NCBI RefSeq assembly: GCF_018350175.1
Contig: NC_058368.1
Span: 175,462,001-175,526,000 of the forward strand
Direction: 5' to 3'
Source of the DNA: Felis catus
Lineage: Eukaryota
Length of the DNA: 64,000 nt
The translations under genes were made by a program, and so were the position numbers. Positions 25,279-37,700 of this stretch are shown here, in pieces; within the stretch, counting starts at the first letter, position 1, and every line of letters starts with the position of its first letter. Below the pieces are notes generated by a model, which saw only the letters and a list, made by a program, of their open reading frames with translations, searched no databases and was not told the origin of the DNA.

Positions 25279-25299
25279 ATAAATAAACTTAAAAATTTT
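25074..25299 (+). mobile_element. Can-SINE with long (CT)n
   Basis: SINE head, (CT)n tract and AATAAA tail. Confidence 0.9.
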
Positions 25300-26143
25300 T
25301 TCAAGGTTTTCACGAGGCCAAAGTTCTTGCTTCTCCACATGGTCTGCGATGCAGCAGTTCGGAGAAGCAGTTCTGAGAGCTTGTTAGAAAGACAAGAGTT
25401 TCAGGCCCCCAGGAGTGCTGAATCAGAGCCTGCATTTGAACAATATCCCTAGCTGAACTTGGTGCCCATTAGCACTGCAGGGCTCGGAGCTACCTTTATC
25501 TGGCATTCCGATCTCTATTTTGCTTGTGAAATACCTGAGCCTTGGGGCCCCATCAGCTCTCAGGCCCTCCTGAAGCACAGATCCTTTGGCGGCTGTTTTG
25601 AGAGCAGGTCTAGGAAAGAGAACTTATATCCAAATCCCGTGAGTCACTCATTCAGTAAACATTTATTAAGCACTTACGCTGTGCAAGGCACATGACTGCT
25701 CCTGAGGACACAAGCACGGGTAAGACAATATCTCCCCCGCCCCAAAAAACCGGGTAAACAAATGATGTATAATGCTAATTACACATTGTAAGAAATACTA
25801 GTCCGAAGGTGTGCTTCTGATAACAAAGTGTGATGGGTGGGGAGGCGGGACGGGGAGACTTGAGAAGGAGCGATTCAGGAAGTCCTCTTGGAGGTGATGT
25901 CTAAGTGAAGTCCTGCAGGGTGGAGGAGTTGAGTTGAAGTCTGAGGTCGGGGAGCGGCGGTGGGGTAGACAGATACTTTCTCACTGAGGAGGCAATTGGT
26001 AGGAAGACCATGCCCCAGAAGAAGGGGCTTGCATCGGAGGAGGGCCGCAGTGTGGCTGGAGTGCACAGTGGAGAGAGGTGGGGGTGGGGGCCGGGGCCAG
26101 ATCCCATAAGGCCTATGGGCTTGAGAAAACAAAAGCAGTTTTT

Positions 26144-26356
26144 TGGCTTTTTTAACATTTATTTGTTATTGAGAGACAGAGAGACAGAGTGTGAGCAGGA
26201 GAGGGGCAGAGAGAGGAGGAGACACAGAATCCGAAGCAGGCTCCAGGCTCCGAGCTGTCAGCACAGAGCCCGACGCGGGGCTCGAACTCACAGACCGCGA
26301 GATCGTGACCTGAGCCGAAGTCAGACGCTTAACCGACTGAGCCAGCCAGGCGCCCC
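26144..26356 (-). mobile_element. Can-SINE inserted in an L2 relic (about 25640-26440)
   Basis: TSD gagaaaaca(a/c)aagcagtttt at 26123-26142 and 26357-26376. Confidence 0.92.
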
Positions 26357-27375
26357 GAGAAAACACAAGCAGTTTTATCTCCAGGGCCATGGGATGCTGT
26401 GGGAGGGTTTGGCAAGGCAAGGGCAGAGCCAGATTTCTGTTTGACCCCAGCTAACATGGTGGGGTGGGTGTTGGGGGGAAGGAATTGTAGCAGGTGGAGG
26501 CAGTAGCAGGGAGGGTGACCGCGAGGAGGCAACGCTGAGGCGGGGCAGGGGGCCGGGCGTTCCCCTGACTTGGTCCTCACCACAGCCCTGGAGACCGGTG
26601 TCCTTGTCCCCTCCGTACAGAGATAGCAAGTGCACTGTCTCAGAGAGGGGAAGGGACTTCCCCAAGGTATTGGCAGGCCACGATGGCCAGATCTGGCACT
26701 ATAATGGTAATGATAATGACAGTCTCCAAAGTTTATTGTTTAAATGCTGCTTTTTTTACGATTGCCTCATTGAAGACTTAACCTCCGCCCCGAAGATGGG
26801 GATTTCATTTTTTTACCCCTTCTGACTGGTGAGACAAACAATATTCAGAGCTGAACTGAAGTGGGCAAATTCACTCACCCAGAGGTGGCAAAGGGACAGA
26901 AATCCTGGGGTCTCACCCTAGAACTATGTCCCCTGTCTCTGGGGTATGAGCCTGACTTCTAAATCCAAGTCACCTCTAGCACCCAACACCACGCCTGGGG
27001 CCACCTTTGACTACGTTTTGCCGTTTATAAGGGCAAAGGGGAAATAGCGGAGGAAGGGAAAGTCGCATTTGCTGGAAGGCAGCATGACGGAGCTGTCAGC
27101 TGGCAGACTCCAGGCCTAATCTCCAGCCCCTCCCCTTCTTTTCCTCCTTATTTCCCTAAAGTGAAAGATTCTTGGCTCATCTAAAACTCTCCAGAACACC
27201 AGGGTTCCAGGGCACAGTCCCTGGGAGTTTGTGTTCAAATCGGTAGCAGAGTCCTGACCCTCTGTGCAGGATATGGTTCCCCACCGTGGGAGGAATCCCG
27301 TTCCCAACGTGGAAAAGAGACAGCAAGAACAGGGCGCAGCAGCGGCACTTGGCCTGGAGTCGCCACACTTTCCCC

Positions 27376-27389
27376 GTCACCATGGCAAC
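27376..27389. promoter_or_regulatory. RFX X-box GTCACCATGGCAAC
   Basis: Near-palindromic match to GTNRCCATGGCAAC within a CpG-retaining unique segment. Confidence 0.55.
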
Positions 27390-28349
27390 CCTTGCCGGCT
27401 GGATGGGACAGAATGCTGAGAATACGCAGAAGGGAAATGATGTAGGACAGCGGCAGCAAGAGGGTTCCTGCCTGACGCACGCACGGCCACCCTGCCACCC
27501 TGTCCTGCCCCCAACCCAGCACAGGCACCAGCACTTTCTAAGTGCACAGAGAGTAATAAGAACAGCAGTCGTTCGGATGCTAATAATGATGAACACGTAC
27601 TGAGGGCACTAACTGCCGGACGGAAACAAATCAAGGCGCCCAGAGACCCCACGTCTGAAGGTCGTGGAGCTGCGCTCTCCGTATTAACTCAAAGGGAAAA
27701 ATGATATAAAATAAATCACACCGAAATCCAGGAAAGATTCCAATTTTCTGCCATCGTGGGCAACTACTTGCCATCATTGCAAAATGTCCCCGACCCGGAC
27801 GAGAGAGGAAATGGTGTGGACGGCTGTGGCCCCAGCTGTTTGCAGCGTGTGTGGAGGGTGGGGCTACTGACCTCTGACACAAAATTGTATTTCTTAACTG
27901 AATTCCACTGCCCGCCTCTTCCAGTTCTTCCCACTCCCCCTACTATCCACCTTCACCCACCCTCGTTCCCCCCGCCCCGGGACCCGCCCCGGGACACCCC
28001 TTGGGGAGGACTGCTGATTCTGACTTAAGTAGGACACTTTAGGGGACTAAATCTGAGTCCCCATTTGCATCCTTTCCAGTTTTAGAGTGTCGAGTTTGCT
28101 CTTTGTTAGGTTTGAATTCTTTGGGGGGCAAAGAAAAAGGAAGTTGCTGATGACTGTATTTGGCTGTGGCCTTAATGTCTCCCTCAGAAGGGTGTTGCTG
28201 CAAATCTATGTTCAAACATTCTAAGTTGGTTCTTCTAGGCTCTCTAGCATCACATCTGTTCAGAAACAGCTGTTCAGGCTGCAGCAATGATCAAAGCTGT
28301 GTATTCCAGAGCTCCGGTGCTCTAAAAATGGCAAACACTTCTTTCTCTT

Positions 28350-28612
28350 TATATACATATATACATATATGTACATGTACATATATACATATGTACACAT
28401 ACATATACATATATATACATATATATACATATATACATATGTATATATATACATATGTATATATATACATATAATACATATTATATATGTCATATTACAT
28501 ATGTCATATATATAATATATGGGTATATATAATATATATGATATATAAAATATGATATATATGGGGTATATATAATATATATATGTGTATATATGTATAT
28601 ATATGTATATAA
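28350..28612. repeat. Degenerate (TA/TACA/TATG)n low-complexity tract
   Basis: Directly visible alternating purine-pyrimidine AT-rich run. Confidence 0.95.
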
Positions 28613-28758
28613 TCAAGAATATATATTCTCTGCAGAAATCTATTTTAATGATTCTGACATCTCAGTCCAGAAGCAAAATATTCATGTGCCATTTTAAAAT
28701 TCACCAGGAAAACTCGTCAGTAAGAAGGCCTCTCCCTGCTCTTTTGGATTTCGGAGCT

Positions 28759-29170
28759 ATTTTTTTTTTTTTAAGTTTTTATTTTGAGACAGAGAGAAAA
28801 AGAGAGGGGGGAGGGGCAGGGAGAGGGGAAAGAGAGAGTCCCAAGCAGGCTCCACACTGTCAGCGCAGAGCCCGATACACGGGACTTGAACTCATAAACC
28901 GTGAGGTCATGACCTGAACGGAAATCGGATGCTTAACTGACTGAGCCACCCAGGTGCCCCAGGACCATTTTTTTTTTTAAGTTTGTTTATTTGAGAGAGA
29001 GAGAGTTTCTGTGCACCCACGCGCAAGCGGGGGATGGACAGAGAGAACCCCACGCGGGCTCCGTGGTGGCCGTGCAGAGCCTGACACAGGACTCAAACTC
29101 ACCAACTGTGAGATCAGGCCCTTAGCCGAAATCAAGAAACACCTAACCAACTGAGCCTCCCAGGCACCCT
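28759..29170 (-). mobile_element. Two adjacent Can-SINEs (about 28759-28960 and 28967-29170)
   Basis: Two antisense T-tail, body and head units. Confidence 0.88.
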
Positions 29171-29664
29171 GGATTTCATGATTATTTGGAGGAGATTACA
29201 AAGACTTTGCAGTCTCAAGAATGAGATGCGTGAGGGGAGGCTTGATTTGTACGATCTCTATATAGAACATGTTCAATTATAGTTCTATAGGAAGAAATAA
29301 AACCCTTTCTCCTGGGTGAGAGTTTCTTTGAATCTAAAAAAATATATCAGATGTATAGAGGTATATAATACATATGCAAATCTCTCAGTCTGTCTGCCTG
29401 CCTACCTGCTTATCCATTCACCCATTTGTCCATCCATACACCCACCCATCTGCCCATCCATCCGTCTAGCTAACTAGATATCCTTTCTTGACACCCATGT
29501 GATTTGGTTGGTCGGGTTTCTCCTTGGCTTTCTCAATTTAGGAGATGACGTAACTAACTACCCCCAAAAATAGCTATCACAGCATTGTTAAAGACATCCT
29601 TGTCAGAGACAATCAAGGGCAATGATTTTGCGATGGATTTGTAAAATGGTATTCTTTCAGTATC

Positions 29665-29694
29665 ATTTCTTTTTAATTTTTAATGTTTATTTTT

Positions 29695-29726
<32 letters not shown>

Positions 29727-29894
29727 CACGAGCGGGGGAGGGGCAGAGAGAGAGAGGGAGACATTGAATCTGAAGCAGGTTCCAGGTTCGAGCTGTCCGC
29801 ACAGAGCCCGACGTGGGGCTCGAACTCACAGGCTGTGAGATCATGACCTGAGGCAAAGTTGGACGCTTAACCGATTGAGCTACCCAGGCGCCCC
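29665..29894 (-). mobile_element. Can-SINE
   Basis: SINE consensus; cagtatca duplicated on both sides. Confidence 0.9.
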
Positions 29895-30150
29895 GCAGTA
29901 TCACTTCTTGGTGAAATTTTAATGCAATTCCTCTTTGATTGGTTGGAAAGTTAAAAGGGGGGTGAGGTCAAACAGGACCTGGGCGTCTGTGTGCCTGGGT
30001 TGGAATCCTGGCTTTGCAGACTGGTTAACCCTTCCGAACATCAGCCACACGAACAGTACCTACCTCGTGGCGTTGTGGGAGGTTGAAAAGAGGAAACGCC
30101 TATAGCAAGCGGGATGCCTGGCATCTGGTAGGCACGCCATCCATGCTAGT

Positions 30151-30776
30151 TGATGGGGGAGCGTTAGGCGAGCTGAGGGGCTGCACCCCCCCCCCCCCGA
30201 CTCCCACCCCCAACCAGGTGGGATGTGTGCTATTCCTTGGGCACTCCTGGCTGCCCAAGAATGAAGGAAAGGGGAAAAACAAATGGTTAACTGATAGAGA
30301 TCATAGTCCCGCAGGACCTCAGTCTCCATCACCCCTCCACAGTGATGTGGGAAACGAAGGCAGAAGGAAATGGCGGATAGAACTAAATTTCCTTATAACC
30401 GGCCGCCGCCCATTGACAAATACTTGAGGCTGGCAGAGTAAAACGTCCAGGAACTCCTTACTGTCTTAATGCTTTGCTGGAAAAGAAAAACAACCTTAGC
30501 CTGACAGTAGCCAGGCCTCCAGTATCCTGGGAGTCTTCTTTAATATATGAAAATCTCACTGGAAACTTCCCCTGGACTTTACCTCCCCTCAACCCCATAG
30601 TATATACCCAGTCTCTCCTCGTGGTCCCCGGGGCAGCTCTTCCTGCCCACGGGTCCCGTCCCCGTGCTTCAGTAAAATCACCTTCTTTTGCACCAAAGAC
30701 GTCTTCAAGAATTCTTCCTTGGTCTTTGGCTCCAGAACCCCACTTTCACTCCAAAAAAAAAAAAAACACCTCATCA
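30151..30776 (+). mobile_element. Solo ERV LTR (626 bp) inserted in a MIR
   Basis: TGATG...CATCA inverted termini; TSD ctagt/ctagc; TATATA at 30601-30606; AGTAAA at 30671-30676. Confidence 0.8.
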
Positions 30777-33700
30777 CTAGCTGTTGTAATTGTTATTCTT
30801 ACTCGAGAACTGTTTGTGATTCTGGAACTGGGGGGTTCATGGTGCTGGAGGAAAGGGTCTTCCTTTGGTCTTTGTTGCCCGCCCCAAACTGATCGGTCTT
30901 TCACTGGTGGTTCAGTCAAAAAGAAAAGGTATGCATTAAGAAGTCTGTAGCTCCTCCAAGTGAATAGAAATGACACTTCAACTCCCTTGCCCCTACTCCT
31001 GGAGAAGTCCACCAAGTCTGGTCACTGAACCAAAGACACACACTTAGGGAAGCCAGTAGATAGACAAGAATCGTAGAGATGGCCCAGACCCAATCAAAAC
31101 TCCCCATTCTCGCCTGCAACTTTTGTTTTGTCTCCCTGTCTCGATACTTTCAAACGTGATACCTTGCGCCCAGATTAGTTTTAAGAACGAAGCTTCTGTT
31201 TTAAAAGCAAATACCAATTGGAAGAAAAAAAAAAAAAAATCCCGTCCATTGCCATCCCCGTGGCAGTGAGGTTTACGGGGAAAGAACGTGGGATTTGGTA
31301 GATGGGGCTTGAATCCAGCCTTTACCTCATACGGGTTGTGTAACCTTGCAGGACACCCAACTTCTCCTGGAGATAGTTCTGTCTCCTGTTCAGTAGCTCC
31401 CAGGGCGGGGGGTGGGGGTGGGGGGAGCGGGGAAGGGAGGGTGCTGACTATGCTCATGTATGTAAGTGCCTAACATACCAAGGTAGTCAGCAATTACGGG
31501 TTGCCTCTTCCAGAATCAAACCATTCCCTCACTGCCGAGTCAGGCGAGCTGAGAGTCACCTGAGAGATGAGGCCACTCTACACCCCTACCCCCAACCCTA
31601 GAGCAGGTCTTTGGAATCAAATCTTCAATAGCCGGCTAAACACACAAGGGGCCGCTTCCCTTTTCCCTCAACTATGAGAGGTGAATTATGCCTCCGTGCA
31701 TTCTGATAAGGCGGCCCAGGTCTGTACTGGACCCCGCCTAAGACCTTTTATGCAGTTTCACACATGTTTATTACACCCAGTTCTCATCCTCACTCGCTCC
31801 AGAACACGTTTTGAATGTCCTGCCGCCTGTGGCGGGTTCTGCAGCGGGGTGGGAGGGTCATTCCTGGGGATGTTTGGTCCTTTTCTCTCTCGTGGTGTTG
31901 GGGGTTGGGGTGGGGGGGGTGGTGGGAGACGAGTAGAGAATAATCTCTTTAAATGGTGACATTTGCTTAATCACGTTGACATTTTTATGGTATCGAAGCC
32001 CTGCTTACCGAAATAGAACTCCAATGAAAAGGATAAAGAGAGCTCGGGCTTAGATTTGGACACCGCTGTTCATTTTTAACTTCCTTGAGACACACGGCTC
32101 TTTTCCAACTCTGGTCACCGCACTGAATCACAGTAAGACACTTTTTTTTTTTTCTTCTCTCCTTTTCCAGCCAGTCAACAATGACACCCAATTTGACTAG
32201 GAAACAAGATTCCAACTTAAAAATATTCTGACAAGGTTCAGGCATGCCAAAAACACAATGTTCTTTAATAAGAGACTGAATTGGTACTGCAGAAGAGTTC
32301 ATAGTAGGGCACGAATGTTCATTTTCTGAATTCTTAGAGTTTATTCAAAGCCTGCGGTCCCGGCTCTCGGAGCACTGGCAGGGGGTGCGGGGGACATTTG
32401 CGAGGGAAAATTTTCAAAGTTGGGGAATGACATGAATTATCAGGAAGACAGCATGTCACGAAGGGCAGATTCAAACCACAAGGTGCTTGTCTGAAGCAGC
32501 ACCTGCCGTGGCACGCATGAGCAGTAAGGGCCGCTCTGAGCCAGGGAGAGGCACGATCAACAATCGCTTCCTAAGGTGACGGTCCATTCTGCAAAGAAAC
32601 TTCTCTCTTCTGGAACTGGGAGTAGAGGGAGGGGAATTAAGAAGCTAAACCGGAAATGGTGCAGGGGTTAGAAGCTAGGCAATGACTTCGAAGCCTCGTA
32701 AAGTTAACATGGACAATGGTTACCAGCCTTGGGAATAACTAAGGAGGGACAGGACCAAGAGACCTTCTAGAACAAAAAACGGTAAGGTTCTTTGACTTCC
32801 TGATACTAGTACACATACTAAAATGGAGAGCAATAGATCCCAAGTATGTCCCATGGGGCCCTGTGTTATCTGTAAACAGAGACCGTAGGCAAAGAAATTT
32901 GGTGGTGGGGGGGGGAGGCACTTTTAAACAAAGTAAAATGGGTTTCTTCATTGTCCAACCTCTCAAAGCCTCAGCAAGCTAATTGCACGATTTGATTTTC
33001 CACGAAACAGGGTGCCTTATTTTCTATGTTTATTTAATGACCGAACTTCACATTTTTTTTTGTCTGTTTCTTACAGAAAGGATTACCTTACTGTTTTGAA
33101 GATCCCGATTTGGGAAATAAATATGGAGTTCCTTGTTTATTATTCTGCCATTACATACTTCAGAAAAGAATTACTCTTTTGTATCATTGACATCTCCACA
33201 GTTCCTTAATTTCTAAAATCAGGAATTTACTTTCCCCATGACTTTTGATCAGACTTTAAGGGAGTATTTATCCAACTTTAAGAAAGAAATCCATAAAAAA
33301 ATCATTTTCCTTTTGAACTGGGTGTGGATACAAAGCCATTACCAAAAGAGGTTATGAAACAACTTGATTGTTAAGGATGGTGAAGAATGGGGTAGAGAAC
33401 TTTCCTTTTTGGGTGAATTTGGGTGAACTACCAGTGAATAAGAAAATGCAGCCCAAATAGCCTCTCACACGCTACAGATTCACCGTTCTGTGATTTAAAA
33501 CACCCACGTGTTGCGCCTACGTATTATTTTCAGATTTAATTGTTGTATCACTTACAGCTGATGTGCACTTGCCTAACATAAATATTTCTAAAAAAAAAAC
33601 AAAAACAAAAACAAAAATAAAACAAAACAAAAACCAAAAAAAAACCCCGGAATCTACTTAGGTCTTTTTTTTTTTTTTTTTTTTTTTTTTTGCCCCTACT

Positions 33701-34477
33701 TTAAGTGCCTAAACCAACCCAGAACGCCCAGGGATGTTGTGAAGTGGCGACCAAACGCCACCCACATCTCCAACGTCCCCTGGGGCTTCCTCAGGGGCCC
33801 TTCACTGAACTGGGAACCTAAGTTTTCCCGCTATTGTCAGCCAAAGCTTGAGTGACCCGGTATTCCCGGGGATATCTAAGCGCTGCTCAGCCCTTCAGGC
33901 TAAGGCCCCTCAGGCTCCCCTACAGCTGGAAGAGCTACAGGTTGCAAAGACAAGTTAGATGCAAAAGACCTCTACAGTCCATTTGTCTCAGGACGAGAAC
34001 GGCTTCTTCTTGTCTTAAGACTACTATCCTGGAGGTGAGAAAGAACAGAAATTAAATTTGACAAAACAGAACACTCTCCGTGTTACGCTTCGTGCCATAA
34101 TAAGTCCTCAAGTTAAAAGTTTGAAGATGTGGTGTAAAATGGAAACACGAATACACTGTGGCGCTCGGTAGTCCACGTGATTAACGAATCGAGTCAGAGA
34201 TCGTACTTTCAATTCACATGCTACAGAGATTATTATCCCAGAGGCCATATCCTGTGACGTTAGGATCCGGGGAAAAACTAGGGGTTTGAAAGTCCGGACT
34301 TATTACCCAAGATCCTCTTGTACGGTGGCCAAAAATCAAGGCTCTTCATTAGCAAAGACCACAAATCAAACCCCCCACATATTGACCTTTCCTTACTTTT
34401 ATTGGACATCGGCCTTCAGCAGGTGACCGAATGCTCGAATCCCGGCCGAGGCCTCCCATATACACGGGAGGCTATTT

Positions 34478-34549
34478 AAAAAAAAAAAAAAAAAGAAAGA
34501 AAGAAAGAAAGAAAGAAAAGAAAAGGAAAGGAAAGGGAAAAAAAAAAAA
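34478..34549. repeat. Poly-A/(GAAA)n polypurine microsatellite
   Basis: Directly visible. Confidence 0.9.
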
Positions 34550-34789
34550 GGACTCTGCAGGGCAACGTGTGAACTAATATAGTGCAGATCAAAGACAACA
34601 ACCCACAGATATTTACAAACTTACACAAGCAATGCATACTTGCGACTGGTCCCTATATGGCTGGACATCTTTTCGTATCAGTAGGTTCTGCCTTGGCCCG
34701 AGATACACACCTAATATTTTTTAAAGGTTTCATTCCTGATCATGGAAGCATAACCTACTCATGTTGCAAATAAATAAGTATATTAAAAA

Positions 34790-37700
34790 GAAAGCTGAGT
34801 TAAAAGTTTTATTCATTCAACATCTCACATTACAAATATTTAAAAATTATATGCATACTGGTATAAATAGTCATTTGCAAACTATTTAATAACATTAATT
34901 TTCCACTAGCACTTCAACAAATGAACTCTTTTAAAAAAGGAACTGTGTTATATAACTTAAGAGTAGAACATACAAAAATAGGAACTTAACGTGAAAATGA
35001 CTTTAATAAAAAATGAATTACCCTTATTTAAAATGCTATAATAAATACTACAACCTCCCCATACACAGTAAAAACTATATGGAAATTCAGCCAAGTAGTA
35101 CAATTAACTGACATACTTAAATAACTTTTCCTTCTGATAATATGAGCAATACACTGGAAAAAAAAAAAAACATTAGGGATTAGTAAAAACTAGACACCCA
35201 CTTGCTAAAAGTTTCACTTCCAAAAAATATAACAAAAATCTGATGAAAATTATAAAAACTAATTATACTTTAAATTTTAAAAATATAAAAAATAAAACAG
35301 TTGAATACAATATTGTCCCAATTCTTACAATGCTATCAATCACAGTAGCTTTAAAATAAGATAATAAAATAAAGCAAATGACCAAAACCTCTTTTATTCC
35401 ATTTTTAAAAATAATCTCAAATTTACATTAGTAGAAAGATTGATTTCTGATTCTTTTCTTTAGAAACACCAGCAAGAAAGAGGATTACTCTTAACAGTAG
35501 AAAATGACATTTTTAAATGTCTGCAATTAAAAACAAAGAATTACACTGCAAAGATCTTTCAAAAGTTTGAAATAAGTATTGCACATAACTTGAAGTTAAC
35601 TTGCCACAATTCATCACATTCAAGTTTTAAATCACCTTTTAACAGAAGATTCAACTCTTCAAAACAAAAGGGGTGAATTATCAAGTCTTTCCAACAGCAC
35701 TCTCATAAAATGCTAAATTCGTTCACTGCAAGTTTTATTTTGCATTCTGCAGAGGTCTGTGTATGGAGAAGTATATATATTATACCAAAGCGTGGGGACC
35801 AGAAGGGGAAGGGAGAGAGGGTTCCTTTACATAGAAAATAATCAGAAACACTTTATTTTACATTGCAAAAATAACCATGTAATTACTCTGTAACTACATT
35901 GTAAGTACATGGCTGGTGCCATGCTAGTGTGCTAGAACTACATGCTTGGTAAATTGAAGTGATACCCTAAAATCTGTAAACTAATTCCATGTTAATTATG
36001 TTTTGAGTTACATGGTAACTCCCAACTACAATCCCGTGTAATCTGAAGGACATGTAATCAATAACGTTCAGAGTAATAGATAATAATTGTTTATGCCCTG
36101 TAAATTGAAGTGTAACCAAATAATCTGTAAACACGCTTGTCACACAATCACAAGTAAATATTAGTAGAATAACAATTTCTTACATTAGTCATGCATACTA
36201 ACATTACACACCTGTCCCACGGCAGGCTATTTTTTTTTTCTTTATATATAATTAAAAGAGCAGACATCTCTGAATCAAACACTTAACATCAATTTATTAA
36301 TATTAAAAATGGCTAAACATTCACCAAGAATGTCTGCGCTGTGAATAATTTTAAAAACTTAGTAAGAAGCTGTAGACAATTTTGTTATTTTAAATTTCTA
36401 CCCTATGCTTATGCATTTAATTTTTTGTCTTTTTAGGAACTACCGTGTTATCTGTCATTTTCATGCGAATTTTTTTTTCATTAATTTGTGACTTTACATA
36501 GACTATTTCTTAAATTATAGGTACACCAATAGCTGGTGCTGGGGAAGGATGTTTAAGCAACATGCTTTCTCTTCTCTGCAGACTCTAAAATAGCATTGCC
36601 AGTGCACAACATTCATAATTTAAAATGTATGCAGAGCACTGAAATGTATAAAAAGCAGAATATAAGAAAATAAAATTTATTAAAATTATTTATATTAAAA
36701 AATGAAGTATATGAAGATCTCTCAGTAATAAAAGTACAAAAAGCTACTCTTTGCAATATGAAAAATTGAGGTATTGCATAAAGAGATATCCCGTCAGTGA
36801 AAAGTGTGCCTAAAAATGTTCACTGTTGGAAAAACAAGATATACAAAAGTAGTGCATAACAAATATACATTATGTGCATGACAAAATAAGTTAGCTACAA
36901 AAACACTGTACCGAAATTCAGCAGGTCATGTACAAAGGGAAAAATTATTATTCAAAGCTAGTTCTCAAACAGTGTTATTTCTTGTTAACTCATCACACCT
37001 GTTTACTGAGTAGGAACAGTACAATAGCACACCCCAAGCCACCTACAAGCATCGAAAAGAATAAAAAGAGGCAAATGAACGTTTCGGTTAGAATTATGTA
37101 GTTCAGGAGAAAAGAAAAAAAAGTCCCTGACCAGCTACACAAGAGCACCCTCCATTCGCATGACTGCTTTCCGTATTTGCAGGGAATTCTTTAAAAGCAG
37201 CTCCCTTTCTGTGTCTGACCATTAGACAGCATATGCCTCCATTTTGACCTTTGGAACTTAACAGGTATGCAGTTCGTTAAAGCCTGTGTTAAAAATAAAG
37301 GACTGCTTTTCCTAACGATAATCAGCAGGGGTCATCAGCCAGGTGGTTCCACCGTAGTGCTGGGGGCAAGTCTTTGGTTTTGAAGGATCCAAGACGGTAC
37401 TGTTAGGTAGCACAACTAGCAGGATTTTTTTTTAATGTTTTGCACACCGGTAATAATCCTTTTGGTGGTGGGTAGGGCATTTGATACGAGAATGTCAATT
37501 AAAATAAAAGTCACTTCCATGACCAGGGCTTCAAGAGACTATTTTAAATTTACCCCTGAAGCGTACTGTTCAACACATAATAACGCCTTTCGAAGCTAGA
37601 ATTTTATGTATAATAAAGCATGCATTACTTGATGAAGTTGGCACTTCAAACACTGACTATGTCCCATGCTAAGTTCTGAAACGGTAATGTTATTTTTATT

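Noticed and set aside
28160..28917. Tyr/Ile-rich ORFs
   Set aside because: Translations of the TA-rich low-complexity tract.
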